Positions 15,101 to 30,277 of a DNA stretch of 64,000 nucleotides are shown in pieces. Numbering within the stretch: position 1 is the first letter of the stretch; the number at the start of each line of letters is the position of its first letter. The DNA comes from Ptychomitrium polyphyllum. Lineage: Eukaryota. Location: positions 1,302,001 to 1,366,000 of the forward strand of contig OZ316776.1 of NCBI GenBank assembly GCA_973851085.1. Direction: 5' to 3'. The notes beneath the pieces are model-generated. The model was not told the DNA's origin. It saw only the letters and a program-made list of their open reading frames with translations, and made no database searches. The translations under genes were made by a program, and so were the position numbers.

Positions 15101-18100
15101 GAGCGTTCTCACTCTTGACTTGGAGGGAGCTGGGTCTTTCGGCATCGACATGTGGTTGCGTGAATGTCACTGTGCCGGTAAATTGGGTGAGGCTACCCAA
15201 AATTTTACTTGGACGTCTCTAGAACGTTTTGCAGGAGGGGTTGTCATACACAGGCCAATTCTTGGAGAATGTGGTTCTGGGATAACAGGGGGATTCCTAG
15301 AGAACGCATTAGTGTATCCTTACAAAGTTTACTTCATCCAATTCATCCAAATTAGAATGTATCATAGTTGTATTCTCCCAATCGGAAGAATCATGCAATT
15401 TTATAGCAACTTTTATTGGACGAATTTAATATTTTGTAGGTTATGCCTTATCCAAAAACCTTGTGACACCCTAGTGGAATTTAATCCACTTGCGCCACTC
15501 AAAACATTATGCAAAATATATGTGTATTTAAATTAAATATGCCTTCCATACTATAATTGATGGAAACATACCTTATAGGTGGACAAGAATGTATGATAAA
15601 GATCTTTCCACATCTCATGAAATAAACAAAGAATTGTATTGAACTCGTTGACAATTTGGATGTAGCATTCATTCATTATTGATTGTTTATTTTGTAGATT
15701 ATTCAATTATTTGGATTTTATTAATAATTGATTATACTTTGAACACTTTATATTACCATATGTGCTAAAATATCCTTCAATTTTACCGTTGAACTAAATA
15801 TGATTTAGAAAATATCCACTCTCAATTTTTATAAATTTGTCTATTGAACAATACTGCTTCAAACTTGATAGAATTTGCATCAAATTTTTGAAAAACTAAG
15901 GATGCAAATTAAAGCTACATTTTGTTTGATTACAAAAAACACTTCCAATATAGAGACACTTACATTGAAATAACAAGCATCTCAATTGTTTCCTATTATT
16001 TATAGTTTTTGGCACCCTTTTGCACATTTTAGTTATTTTTTCATTGAAATTTATATTTTTTTCTACAAATGTGGGAAAAAACTCTTTGTATTGATTTCAT
16101 TGTTTTCAAATTTGGTCTAATTAATCTGTCTATTATAAACTTCTAATCAGCAAAAAAAACAACATTCAGATTTCAAACCTCTAATGTAAATGTTTCATCA
16201 ACAAAAACTTTTGTTTTCATTTTCATTTTTTGAGATTGCCTAGCATAAAAACTGTTGTAGAATTTGAAGCGAAAGGAGCCCAATATGAATTGATTTTGTT
16301 GGAAGTGAATCTTCCAGATGTAGAATATATATAATAAAATGTTTTCAAAGTTGAATCTTTTCAACTAAAAGAAAAGTTGATTGAGACATTTGTTTGGAAT
16401 ATCCTTAACGTATCCTTAAGATACTTAAATCGTTTTTTAGGTACTAAAATACTTTTATAAATGTCTTAATCACCCATTTCGAAAACTGGAGTAAATTCTT
16501 GAAAAGACAGAGAAATTCTTTATATACTGAAGAGTTCTATCATAAATTTTTTTAAACCATTAAGAATAATTTTACTTTACTGATTTATCTTGTTTTTATA
16601 ATGTCTCCGTTCCCTCCTCTCAAAGTGTAAAGACTCTTTGCAATTTACAGTTTTAATAGAAGTTACGGAAAGCATTCAAATCATGTGTTTAAATGAAATA
16701 AAGGTGACAAAATTTATTAGTGTATATGTTTTTGATTTTATATATATAACTGAAAGGCACTTGTATAATTTTATTTTATTTTGAAGATCTACTTAAGGAA
16801 AAATTGAGTTATGTTTGGAACTCATTATTTTTATAAAAAGCTAATAAGATTATGTTGGAATGGGTTGGAAATGAATTATCTTGAAGTGATGGTATGCTTT
16901 GGAATTTTTGTAGTGCTTGAATACATAACCTCTTTTTAGTAAGACCACTTTTGTATTATAATCAATATGGCTTTGAGCTTGGTCAAAAACTCACATACTT
17001 CAATGCATATAATTTTTTAATACATGCATTTTAATAATGTCAAATTTAATTGTCGGAGATGAAAAAAGAGTTAGTTGTCGAATCTTCATTCTATTTTATT
17101 TTTTTGTAAAACGCATTCTTGAAACTCATTTTTACTATAAAGAGGAACCAAAATACATACCATAATAAGTATTTTGATGAATCAATAAGAAACTTGTGTG
17201 ATATCTAGGTGTGGTTGTAGAACATATCTTTCATTTGCTTTTAGGTGCACAAAGTTCCTCCAATTACTCCCTGAAACTAAAAGAGTTTCAATTCTTATGT
17301 TACAAAATATCCAAAAACTATCATTTTATAGGGAGAATACACTCTAGAAATGAAAGATGATGAAATTTTACTTAACAAAAAACTCTAATAACTTAAATGA
17401 ACAATCTCCCGAGGAAGAGCTAGATTCGGAATTAAAATATTGGGACTCATACAGAATGGACCTTGAGGGCCTAAACAGAAATCTCCAGCCAATATCACTT
17501 TTGTATACAAATTTCAATGTTGGAAACATCTGAAGTTGACATCTCTGAAACTTCACACTTATCAGCAAAGTTGGATGTAAAGCCAGCCACCCAAGTTCCT
17601 TCAGCTGGTTGCAGGTTCTCCCACCAGTTGCTAAGATTTGGACTCTTATTTAATACAGAACTGTTGACTCAATTCAACACAGTGAGCTGTCACTGCTTGT
17701 TATCATAGTGCCAAATACATGATTGCCACATCCCTGGTGTTGACGCAAGGGGCATCTTGATGATCGTCTCTGCTTTCCAGTGAGCAAGAATCCAAAGCAA
17801 AGCCAGGCCCAGGCTTTTGGGATGAGGACAAGCTTTTGGGAGGCCTTAACTTATGATGAGAAGTAATAAAGCAAACACCACAAAATCTCTTTTGTGTCAT
17901 TATCTAAATGGTAGTGCGTCCTACTCTAGATTAGTTTGAGGACATCAAAATGGCATCTGCTAAATGATATCAAAAGTAACGTTTTGTGTGATATTGAAGT
18001 CATTTTGACTTGTGTCATTGTCATATTGTTTCAATTCCAAAATGTTTTGTTGTCATTTCTACATCATTTTGATATCACAACAACATCAAGATGACAAGCT

Positions 18101-21100
18101 ATCTATTGATGTCACTTCCACATTGCAATTATAGCCTCCATGCTTCCCGATGATGAATGAAGCGATAACACACCTTATTATAGGTACTGTGTACATTAGG
18201 GTTATTATGGCACTTGTGCTTAGCCTTATTTTGGGTTTGAATCAATGTCTTTCACACCCTTGTCTTATGGCAACACAATTACACAAGTGTAGAAATACAC
18301 TGCTGATCAGTCCAATGCTAGGTGAGTCCAAATCCTCCTGAAGGATGCCTTGGAAAGTTGGAAACTGAGGGGCAGGGCCTACAGTGTAGGTGGTGTACAG
18401 TCCCTGAATTGAAGATGACTGCAGGAAGTACACACAATTGTTCAGCCTGTCTTTATTCCTGGCTCCATGGGTTTCAAGCCTCATAATGAGAGGAAAACAA
18501 GCTTGGACAAGTCATAAAAGCCACCATCTCTGGACTTTCAATCTCACTCCACCATTCCCTGCCATTAGTAACCTATTCCATGGAACAAAAACTTGTCATG
18601 GTCAAAAACATGGTTCGTATATGTCACTGTTGCAGTGCACTTTTGTTGGGAAACCTGCTAAGGAATATTACCTTTTTATATTGTCATTTTCCGGACATAA
18701 AAAAAATGTTTGCCCGCTTTACATGCATTGGATTTTAAGTTCGTTCAAGTGTTTAAATGCCATTGGCACAAATACTGACACAGACACCCTGATTCTGAAG
18801 TTTGCATGGGAAGTATAGTTATCAGCTAATGAGAATCCAAAGAGAATCCAAAGGGAATCCAAAGTGGAATTTTTTGCAAAAAAGCTGCAAAACTCATCTT
18901 TATTGTGAAAAGGAGCACAAATGAGTTGCCTATTGTGTAATTTTGCATAAATGAAAAATCTTTATGTTGTTAAAGGGGACCTCCTCAAAGCTAGTCAAGC
19001 TTCTTCAAGGTAATTTTCTTAATTTATTATTGGTGTCCAAAGCTCCTCCAATTCTTCTTCCAAAATTAAAAGTGTTGTAATGTTTGTACTAGAAAAATGG
19101 TAAAATATGGAATTAAGTTAGCAAATAACTCTGTTCTTGACTTTTAATTTAGAAATGCAAAGGACATATTGTAAGAAGAAATGTTACCCCTCCAATACAA
19201 AATTATTTATTTAAATACAAGCAATTTTCCTATATTCGTTTAAATAATTTAAAAATTAATAAATCAAGCCTAGTTCAACCTATCAATTTAAAAGGAACCA
19301 CAAATATCTAGCTAAAATCTATGCATGAAATTAATCTATGCTCAATTAATCTATGCTATTGGCACAAATACTAACATCAACACATTAATGATTTAGATTG
19401 ATAGTAATATTGAAATAAAAATTATCTCTGAAGGTCTAATAGTATAATTCCAATATGAATAGATGAAAGAGTTATATTTCATTATGTATCAATTATTGAT
19501 GACAATAAATTGTCAAATAATCCTAATTATTGTCATTTTAATTTTTTTAACATACCAATGATTTGTAGAACCAAATCTTAATATGCGGTTTTAAAAGTAA
19601 TCATAATATATGCTAACAAGATTTATTAGACATCTTGTTAAAGTCAATTTTATAAAAAAAAACAATACGTCACTAATATTAATATGTATTTTATGCAAAA
19701 AAAATATTAATTGTGAGTTTTTGCATTGATTTCCAAAATATTGACAAAGAATGGTTGCATATCAAAATTAATGTCAAAAATATTATTGTGAGCATAACTT
19801 GTAATACATAATCTAAAATCCATTAAAAATATGAAATTAAGTGCACCAATAAACCAAGTTCTCAATGCAACTAGCATTTCAAAATAAATATTATCTAAAA
19901 ATATTGTCTTGTTCCAATTTGTCAACAACTAAATATTATTTAGTATTCTTACAATTTTCAACCACAAAATTCAATTCTAGAGGTAAAATGTCCTAGTAAT
20001 GTCTTCTATACTTCTATACTAAATTTCAAAATTTGATTTGAATGGAACAACAAGGTAATTTATGATAATTAATAACAATTTGTATGAAAACTAATGTAAA
20101 CATCAAATAATTTTAAACTTACAAAGAATTTTTTCAAAAAAATCTTCTATGAATAAGGTTCTTTAAATTATACATGTTTATATTTTAAAAATAAGATTCT
20201 TTAGGTGTTTTTATCTTTACCTATTATAAAATCCTTGAGTGACCATTTTAAATTCTTTAAAAAAAACTGTAGTAGAATCTTTTAAGATATGATTTATATG
20301 TGTTAAAGAAATCGAATTAAAATTCAACACCATCTACAAATCCAATATATTTAAATTTCATCAAAAATCCCAATTTTAGTGAATATCCTTTTGAAATATG
20401 TTTAAATTAATTTTTGAAGATTTTTATTGATTGAGAATGATTAAAAAATATTCTATTTTTCGAAAATCTTAAATAAATCAAATAAAAATCAAAAATCAAA
20501 AAGTTAAAAGAACCATTCTTCCTATATGGCAATTTTGAAAATGCTTATCTTAGTTTGAATCATATACACATTTTTCAAAATAATATCTTCTATATTTATT
20601 ATATTCCTTCTATATTTTCATTTTTATTGAGATATCTTTTTTTTTTGAATAATATACTTCTACTATATTCCTTACCTTTAAATTATTTTGGTAGGCTTGT
20701 TAAATATTCTATTTTCTTGCAAAATTTATAAAATTTGACTCAATAATGGTTCCTTGTTTATATCCATATTAGGCAATTTATTAATTATTACCACTTCATT
20801 GATTATTGCCAATATTCTATTTTGATAAATATGCTATAATACAAACAATTAAGAGCTAGAAACTTTGTAATAGAATATCTTTTTGTATCTAATGTCCAAA
20901 TATAGAAATTTTAGAATTGAGATTATGAACTTTTTTATTGTCTTTTTTTTATAATGATTTTATAATATTATTATCAAATTTGAATTATGAGCAATTCAAA
21001 AGTGAAAAATAATTTAAGGTCTTTAGTAATTTAGGTTTAATGTAGCATGGAGTGGAGGTTTTTTTATAAAAAAACTTAGTATTTAGTGCATGGAATGTTC

Positions 21101-22368
21101 ATTTGTTAATGCCCTTATTTTTTTTGTTTTTTGATGGCTTGTACTTTTAACATTCTTTAGGCATGTGATCTTATACAACTTTGCTAATAGATCATTTAGG
21201 CAACATACCTTAATAGAATCACGTAGGAAATTAAATTAATTCATATTAATATCTTAATAAAGTTACCCAATATACACATTTGTACAATTCAAGTTTCCAA
21301 ATATAAATAATTGGCACATAATTTTAAAATAATTTGTTGAAGCAGTTTAATATTATTTGAAATCTATTTTTTCTATTTAAAATAGACAACAAAGTTATTT
21401 ATAAATTTATCTTTATAAGTCCAAAAATAGGCAAATTATTCAAAATGCATAGAATAAAAAACGTGTGTCAAAGAAAAATAAATGAAACTTTATGGCTCTA
21501 AAGTATATGTTACAATTATAATTAAAAACGACTTGAATAAACAAATTAAAAATTTGGTTGAAAAAAAGTTAAATTTTCAAATAAATCTAATCTTTAGTAA
21601 AATTTAGCACTTAAAAAGGGAATAAAATATTGTTCTAATAATGTTGACCATGGTGTAGTGTCAATATGAAAAGTTACAAACCAAAATTAACTTAGCTAGA
21701 TTGAAACCTTGCAATCAAATGAATTCAATTAAATTTTTTAATAACAATAATAATATCATATATCATAAATTTCTTTATAATTAGAATACATTTAATTAAT
21801 ACTTGGAAAATATTCCATTTTTTTCCAAGTGCTAAATTTTGCTTAAATTATATATAATAGAGTATCTTGCAAGATGTTCTAATGTAAAGTGGTGCACAAT
21901 CATTTGGCTAAAGAATCTAATGTGTTATTGGAAAGAAAATTAAATCAATAGCTAGATGTTGTTATTAATATCTATAAATACTTTTGGTCCTATTAAGATA
22001 TTGTAGTGCCATTTAAAAGAATATTATTATAGTAAATATCAATTAAAAGATACGCAATATCATTATATTATTAAAGTAATATGTTGCATATATTTTATTA
22101 ATTTATTTTCAATTTGATTTGAAGTACTATTTGGAATACAAGGAATAGTTTTTGGTTGCAAATAATTATCCATAAGTTTTTGAATGCTTATAATCCTAAG
22201 TCCGTAATAAATTAGATTTTGAAGTACAATATTCAAACTTCTTTTGACTTTGGACACACCCAAAGCCATAAATTATATTCAATTTCAACCATTTTAGATT
22301 TCTCAAATATATATACATGTACAGGGGTATTTTAGATCAAATCTCTGTTGATCATCTTTCTCGAAGGC

Positions 22369-22428
22369 CTTCCATTCATTTTCAAAGGGCAGTCCTTCCA
22401 TTCATTTTCAAAGGGCAGTCCTTCCATT
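22369..22428. repeat. 26-bp tandem duplication (ccttccattcattttcaaagggcagt), about 2.3 copies
   Basis: Read directly in the sequence. Confidence 0.85.
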
Positions 22429-25099
22429 GTTTTAGAGTGACATGCTACAATCAGCTTACCTTTTTTATGACCTAATTGACTTTTCTATTTCTTCAAAATC
22501 TGCTCAGTGCAAACCCAGTCCCTTACATGGTTTCAGTGCTACACCATGTCCTCTACCCATCCAAACACCACGCTTTCGGTTTATTCTTGACTTCTCAGTA
22601 CACAATGAAATCTCACTCTCAAAATCTAGAGTTCAGCTGCTGCACGGAGTCATGTATTCGGTCACAGTGAAGTCAATGAAAGTGATGCATATAATAGAGT
22701 AAGGAAGTCATATTCATGGCTGGCATGTTCACTGATCTCGAAGACTTTCAGCCTCTCAGGATAATAAGTGATATTATAATTATGTGGTAATGTTGCCGTA
22801 TGTGAATGTGCCAGGGTGTCCAGTGCCTTCTGCAACCTTGTGCCCTTTGAAGCACTTTTTCAAAGGTGGATTTTGGCTTTTCAGTCTTAAATTAGGCTTC
22901 CTTCATTTCTTGGGTATTGGTCAACTGGCCAACCACTGTCATACGCGACAGTCAATGTTCTGTCCATTGGCATATGGGTGATTTTAAATGTTCTTCATTC
23001 CTTTGATTGTATATATAATTTTTTTCTTGAAACTTAACAGCCAGTATTGACATGTGTAGCTCTGACTTGCCTCATGCTAAGTGTTCATAGGGGGTATTTC
23101 ATCTGGCAGCTCTTGTTTCCAGTTGTTACTTGTCAGAGTGTAATTTACAAGAAGGGGTCCTACATAAATTGTGCCATATCTCCAGCATGGAGGCTCAAAT
23201 CAAAATGTACATTCTTCTCTTGTTTCACTGTTTGCTGTTACTGCATTTCTGCATTGGCCAGTTTCTTGTACCCTATGATTTACAATAACTTGTCAACTGA
23301 CTTTGCTTTCAAGTACTGCTTGTGCAGTGTCGTATTCCATTTGGTTCAGACACTGTGACTAACCACCATAGTTGAGTGCAATCAAAACATTTGGCTCCAG
23401 AGACATTGACGTTGAGGTAGAGCATTGTCCACACATGAAGTGTTGAAGTCAGGATATCATGTTGATGTCCCAAAAAACACTGAAAATATTTTCTATGAAA
23501 TGCATGTTTCAATCATCTATTCATTTATTTCAAACGAATAATTCCTGGGCATCCACAGTAGGCATCTTGTGATTATCCAACTTTAAGCGACAGCACTGTG
23601 AAAATTGGCTACAGTTAACTTTTGGAATCTATCTGATATGGTAGGTAGGAAAGCCATCCAAAAAGGAGTGATCTACCAAAGTTCAAAGTTTTGTATAGAA
23701 CTCTCAAACGACGTTCTCCTAACCTATAAAACTAGTGCAAGTTGCCAAGTCCTTGGGAGTTGAAATTCAAAATGGATGTTGGAACCTCCAACTTTGTTCC
23801 ATTGAATTCATGAAGGGACGGCTTGCAGCAAGCAAGGCAATCATAAGAAATGGGTCACAGAATTTCGTTGATCTGTTGAGCAGCACCTGGAGACCCACCA
23901 ATCTCTGTTCAACAGCTAGATTTAGCACACTTGTATCTGTGCATCATTGGCCCACTTTGAAATTCACACATGATGAAACTTGAAGGCGATGCGGTGTTTG
24001 AAATCTGTGCAAAGAGATCCTTCCAGAATCTTCATTGTGTTATACAAGGTAGAACAGTCCATTACCACTGGCGAGCCATGGCCACCAGCTACCAAATGAC
24101 TAAAAACCTTTATGTATTGACTACCAAACTCTTGTTACTAGTAGATTAGATTTTGTGAGTTAAGGTAAAATACATTGAGATTGGGTGCAAATGGATCACA
24201 AGTAGTGTAACGGAAAGTAAGGTAAATTTACATTAATTCAAGAAGACAAACATATGATGAATATTGGTGCATGATGGTTATTATATGGAATTTGAGTGAT
24301 TGTACATTTGTTAAATGGTGTTATTAGTGGTTGTTTTTACTTTTTTCCTTTTGCAAGAATTTCTTTTAGAGATTCATAATTAATTAAAATTTTGAAAAAT
24401 ATTTTTTTTTGATTGCTATGGATTCAAAGCTAATTTTCTATCCACCAAATAAAATTGAAAATCATATAATTTTTGCAAAAAAGAGATATCTAAATTGATT
24501 GGTGATGGATTCTTCTACCTTAAATACATTGTTGTTCTATTAACTTTGTTTTTTTAATAAACAACAAGCTTAATTACAATTGCAAAAAAAAATAGAAAAT
24601 ACATAGTTTGTTGAATTCTATAATTTATCTACATTTCTATATAATATAAATTCAATATACAATTGTAGTATGCATCCAATATTATATGTCATAATCATAT
24701 AACACTTTTGTCATTTTTTTGACAAATATTTTAGTACTTCTAAGAATATAGTTTGCCAAAATAAATATTCCTTGAAATCATGTTTGTTTATTTACAACTA
24801 ATTTTTTGAAAAGTATTTATTAAGAAAATCACCTATTAAATTTTTTATTAATAATGAGCATGTTATATGGCAACAATAAAAAGCTTCAATATATGGTCCA
24901 AATATATATTATATGTTTATCATTTCTAAGGTTAAAGGTAACAAAACATATAATGAAAGCTTGATTTTAGGTTATAAATTTTTTTATATGATTAGTCATG
25001 AATTTATATATATATATATTTATAAAAAATATAAATGGCCAAATAAATATCTAAGGTCTTTTTTTTCCAAAATCTCTTGTAGATTTATAAACTGTAGTT

Positions 25100-25285
25100 T
25101 ATTCAATAATATGATAAATTCATTATTAATTCAATAATATGATAAATTCATTATTAACAAGATACTTGTTTTATATGGTTTATAGATCTACTAAGTACCT
25201 CCGTCTTTTCATCTTTTTATTAAAGTATCTCCAACTTTTCATCCTTTTATTAAAGTACATCCATCTTTTCATCTTTTTTATTAAA
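25100..25285. repeat. Two AT-rich tandem repeats: an ~29-bp duplication (attcaataatatgataaattcattatta) and a 30-bp unit x3 (cttttcatctttttattaaagta...)
   Basis: Read directly in the sequence. Confidence 0.75.
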
Positions 25286-26717
25286 CTTTCATCTATTGGT
25301 TGTAGGTCCAATATATTATAATCACAAAGTTCCATTTGGCAAAGTCTCGTAGCTAAATTTAGCCACGCCAATAAATAGTCTTTAAAGGGAGATATTGGAA
25401 CAAAAAGAATTTTATTTTTGTTATTTTTGTTATAATTTTTTTTTATTGTTTGGTTTTTTCTTCTTTTATTAATTTTTTTTTTTTTTCTAACGTTTATACA
25501 TCATTAAATGTACAAAAGGATCCTAGGATGTTAATATGTGGATTGAGTGGAGGTGCTCTAGTAATACAAAAAGTATTATTGTACATATAATATACATGTA
25601 ATCTATTATGGCTTATAGGCCATAGTTTTGAAGGACATTAAGTATTTGTCAATGACCTTAGAATGTTTCCAAATAAGTCTCCAAAATATACTATAAGTTT
25701 CCAAAAAGTACTAAATTTCATTAATTATTTTCAAAACAAAAAATAAAGCACACAAATGATTATTGGTTTTTATATCATAAATTCTTTAATGCTTGAGTAA
25801 AAGCATATATTTTATGAATTTGGTCTAATCATTGCTCAAATTCCATAAAATACTTACAAATAAAATGTACTCCTATTCAATATAGAATATTTATCATCCA
25901 TCAAAGTTGAGTGGATTTATAAAAGAAATTATTCAAGGAAGACACTACCTTTTATATTTAATATATTTTAAATTTCTTTTAATAAAAGAATACCTGATAT
26001 GGAATATTTACCTAATATTTGAAATTATTTTACATTCCATTGTTGATATTAATTTTGCTCAACTATTTCTATCCAATACATACTTATAATTTTCCTATAA
26101 TTTATTTTTTGAATTTCAGTTTATTTATAAAATAATATTGTGGCAATTATTCAAGAAAAAATCTTACTCCTTTTTGTCTCACTGAGTATTGTAAGTAGGT
26201 GAATTTTAATTGAATGTAGTTAGGTGGTGGAACTTTTGTACACATTGAGGGCCAATAAGGAGCCTACAAATATATCAAAAATTCAAACTATAGTACCAAC
26301 ATATTGATGTAAGCATAATATGCTTTAAAGCCTAATCGGAGCAATATAAACTATATCATACAACAAACAGAGAAGCAATATTAAATCACAAAGGTAACGT
26401 AAAAGAGAGTAGTAAAAATAAAAGAGAATAGTAAAAGAGTATTAAATCACAAATATAAAGTAAAAGAGAAAAAATATCATCCTGCAATTGGACTTCAATT
26501 TGTCATACAAGAGAAAACAAAGCTATCAAAGAATGTGTTACCTTGGTAATTAGGTTGCCTAGATATTAAATTTATGCTTTCAATACCTAAGGCTTCTCAG
26601 AAACCAACATATCATACAAAAAGTTGAATAGAAATATATTGTGAAGAAACACAATGTTCAAACTTCAAAACTAGCAACATACCATACAAAACTCACTTAT
26701 TTTAAACTAGTTTAAAA

Positions 26718-27341
26718 TCAAGGGAAGACGACAAATGCCAAAGACATCTTCATAGAAAGACCACAATTCCTGACGAGGTAGCTGAGTAGGGTGCATGCCG
26801 GCATGTTACTATAACAAAAAACACGAAGGTGATGAAAGAGCTGTAACCTCAACAGCGAAAACAACAACAAGCGTAGCAGAGCAACACTGCAACGCAAACA
26901 GAACAAGGAATGCAAAAACATCCTACTTTCGGCTTCACGAGCAAGGTGTTCAAAAACGCAACAAGCACAACATCGCCTACAATCCACCTTAGCATTCACA
27001 GCAGCTTGAACTGTTTCATGATTTTCTAGTGCTCTCTCTACGTACAAGAGAGACTCCTCCGTCAAAGGTTCAGCCTATCACGAATGCACAACAAAGTATC
27101 AGAAAACAAAACTTCCCTCTTGAATCAAGGGAGAGCGCTTATACAACAGATACCGGTGACGGCTGACAGCAAGGTTTGAAGCTGGCTCCACATTAAAGTG
27201 CACAGAAAACCACCACCACGGAAGTGGAATCACCCAAACTGTTGGGCTGCTGTTGACATGGTCGCCCCCACACCTTCCACAAAGGCTGCAAAGCATGACC
27301 TCCGGGCTCTTCCTCTCACTGTACTCCTTGTTGTTGCCCAT
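26718..27341 (-). pseudogene. Unassigned gene fragment with exon-like segments
   Basis: GC-richer island in AT-rich DNA. An AG...GT-bounded segment at about 27074-26988 reads AEPLTEESLLYVERALENHETVQAAVNAK, followed by a possible exon LPRQELWSFYEDVFGI. No family recognised. Confidence 0.3.
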
Positions 27342-30277
27342 GCTTAGTAGTCACAAGTTGAAGTATAATGCCCTGGTTCTTATGTAATTTTCTGTTCTTT
27401 TGGGATTTTTACATGTCATTGAAAAAAAAAGCAGAAGGTAAACTTTAAAAGTTGAGCACACTGAAGAAAATTAAGATTTTCTTTGTAATTTGCATCTTTG
27501 GATGTTTTTCCTTTTTCGGATATTATTCCGTATTATGTATAAAAATTCTTTGCTTGTTTTGTTTAAAAGATTTATAGTAATTATTAAACAAATAATTCTG
27601 AAATCTTATAGCATATAAATGACTTGTAGAACTTCAATGCAATTATACAAAAAATGGTATTTATATTAACTATTGTAGGCAAATGAAGTATCAGGAATAT
27701 AATTTGTTTCAACAGTTATAAGCTCAAACCTTTAAGAGTTTGTACATTCAACAAAATGTGGCCTTGAAGCAAATTCAAGAAAATTACTTCAAAACATGAC
27801 ATCATTCATAAAAGTGAAAGAATTACTAAAAGCATAAAATTAGTTTACTCCCCAAATTTCGTGAAAATTTTGTATTCCATGCAATATTTGATTTTTGAAG
27901 TCAAGATTTTATTATTATATGTATTGAGATTTGGAGTGAAGAATTTGTAATGTTTGGAAAAGCATTTAAAAATTTATCGATTTGATGTTTTATTCATGAT
28001 TTTTTTGAGAAACATATTTACACGATTTAATACAAATTGCTACTTAGTCTCTTAGCAATCTTAGATGACAGTTTCGTGATTGCATATATTGATGAAATTT
28101 TTGAAATTCCAGAACTGTAATGAATTCAATTTTGGATTATAGCATCACAAGTATTGAACGCTACAAATTGCACCTAATTTTGATCATTGTAGATTCTTCA
28201 AATACTTGCTTATTTGCATAATACATATAAATTGCTTAAATTATATATAGTTGTATGTTTTACAATTAGACTAGATTTTTCCTAGAAAATGTAGAAAAGC
28301 ATTCATTTTGGTTGACTTCAATATATTCAATATATTGGAATGGATCTATGTTGTTCATTAGCAATTCCATGTATTCAACAATTGTATAAATTTCTCATGT
28401 GTACAATAAAGAATATAAAGTAATACTTGTAAAATGTAATTCATAATTGTCACATTTTTTGAAACACCTTCAGATGTTTCCGAATTAGTGGCATTTATAA
28501 ATCCCACTAATTATCTTTTAGAAAATTTGGTAAAGAATTTGCTTATTGCTAAACAAGCACCCTTTCAAAATTCACATCTAAAATTCACAAAATATGTTAC
28601 AAATTTATAGTATAAGATTTCAATAACACCTTCAGATGTTTCCAAATTTTCCACATACAAGGAATATTCTATTAATTGTTGTGTTCAATACCGTATTGAA
28701 GGATTGTATTTTATGCAAAATCTATCAATGTGAAAAAATCAATGAAAATCAATTTTTTTTGAAAAAGTGATCCCGGCTCCAAAGAATTAAATTGTTCAAT
28801 TCCTACACATGAAAGTGTTGTAAAATATCCACATTGTTGAAGTCATCAATCCGTGTGAATAGAAGACCACTTGAGAAAAATGATGTGGAATGTCAAGGCT
28901 TAATAAGAAACCGTCTAATAACCCTGTTTAATGTAGTATAGAAGTGTAGGCCCTGCAACACAGAATAGTGTACACGAGTTATTGGAAATGGAGAATTGTT
29001 GAGGATACACCATTACAGTGACTTGAATTACAACTACAGTCACCCAGACCAGTGGTGTACTGTACAACAGTTGCTGATCTGCTATTGAAAAGAAAGATTG
29101 AGTTTCGGTGGAAGGTGGTTCATTTGGTTACACTTTAATGCTTACTCTCTGTACAGCCATTATGCATTGAACAGACTTCTAATTTATGGAAAAAGATAAA
29201 GAAAATAGAGATTAGGCTAGGCATTACTGAGAGAAGAACCCCCACTAGGTTCAGAGGTCAACACCAATTGTGTGTCAACATACATTCCCCTTTTCCATTT
29301 CAGTGTGTGTCTGTATAAACAGCTGAGCATACCCTTCTCCATGGATACAAATCAAATTATGGTAGATAAAGAGTGTTGTAATGCAATATGAAGCCTATCA
29401 CATAAGCATGTATAACATACTTCAGTGACCCCTGAACACCCTCTTTGCAAGGAATAATTTCACCACTTAAAATGAGCTACTACAAGAAAATATTGAGGGA
29501 GATTGTGTTGTATTGAAAAGAATAAGAAAAGTTGTGTGCTATGTCACCAACCTAGTCTCATGCCTTTATGCATACATTGTGACATGCCTTCATTAACATT
29601 TATTATTAACTTGTGAGCTTCTAATAGCAGGTTGAACAGAAGAATGTCATGTGTTGTAGGTTCTATCAAAAAGTGGTAGTTCTAAGGGTGCCAACATGTT
29701 GGAGGATGTTAATGCATGCTCTGTAAAACAACACCTTCCTGAAATGATCTCAAATGGCTAGGGAAGATACAGTGGCATTGTTAAGACCTTGTCACTTACT
29801 GCCTTACTGAGACAAAACATAGAAGTTTTTCATGTACTAGAAGTCTCAGAATTGCTTCTCAGTATTGCTTATAGCACATATTTAGGTTACTGCTAGACAC
29901 ATTTAGGGGGGTATTTATCTCTTGACTTTTGTTGGAAGACCTTACATAGGTACATATCCTGATGCCACTGAGCAAGGACTATCCTAGAGTGCTGCAAAGC
30001 TTACCACAGAATCTGATTAGAGGTACTCGCTCATGCACGTCAGGCTTGGTGGGCCTGACTCTGAATCATTTCCAGTACTTCGATTCAAACTGACACGGTT
30101 TTCACAAGAGGGACTTAGAGCTTAACTATCGCAGAAGGTATGCAAAATTCTTTTCAAGATCCACTGGTGTTGACACCCAGGGTAACAATCCTCTATGCAA
30201 CAGAGTGTCCCAGAGAACTGCCAAATGAATAGCGAAGGAAAAGCGAAATTGAACATTTAATACAGAAGCAGAGATGA

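Noticed and set aside
23870..23918. Inverted repeat ctgttgagcag...ctgttcaacag as a miRNA precursor
   Set aside because: The stem is only about 11 bp, too short for a plant pre-miRNA, and no known mature sequence was recognised.
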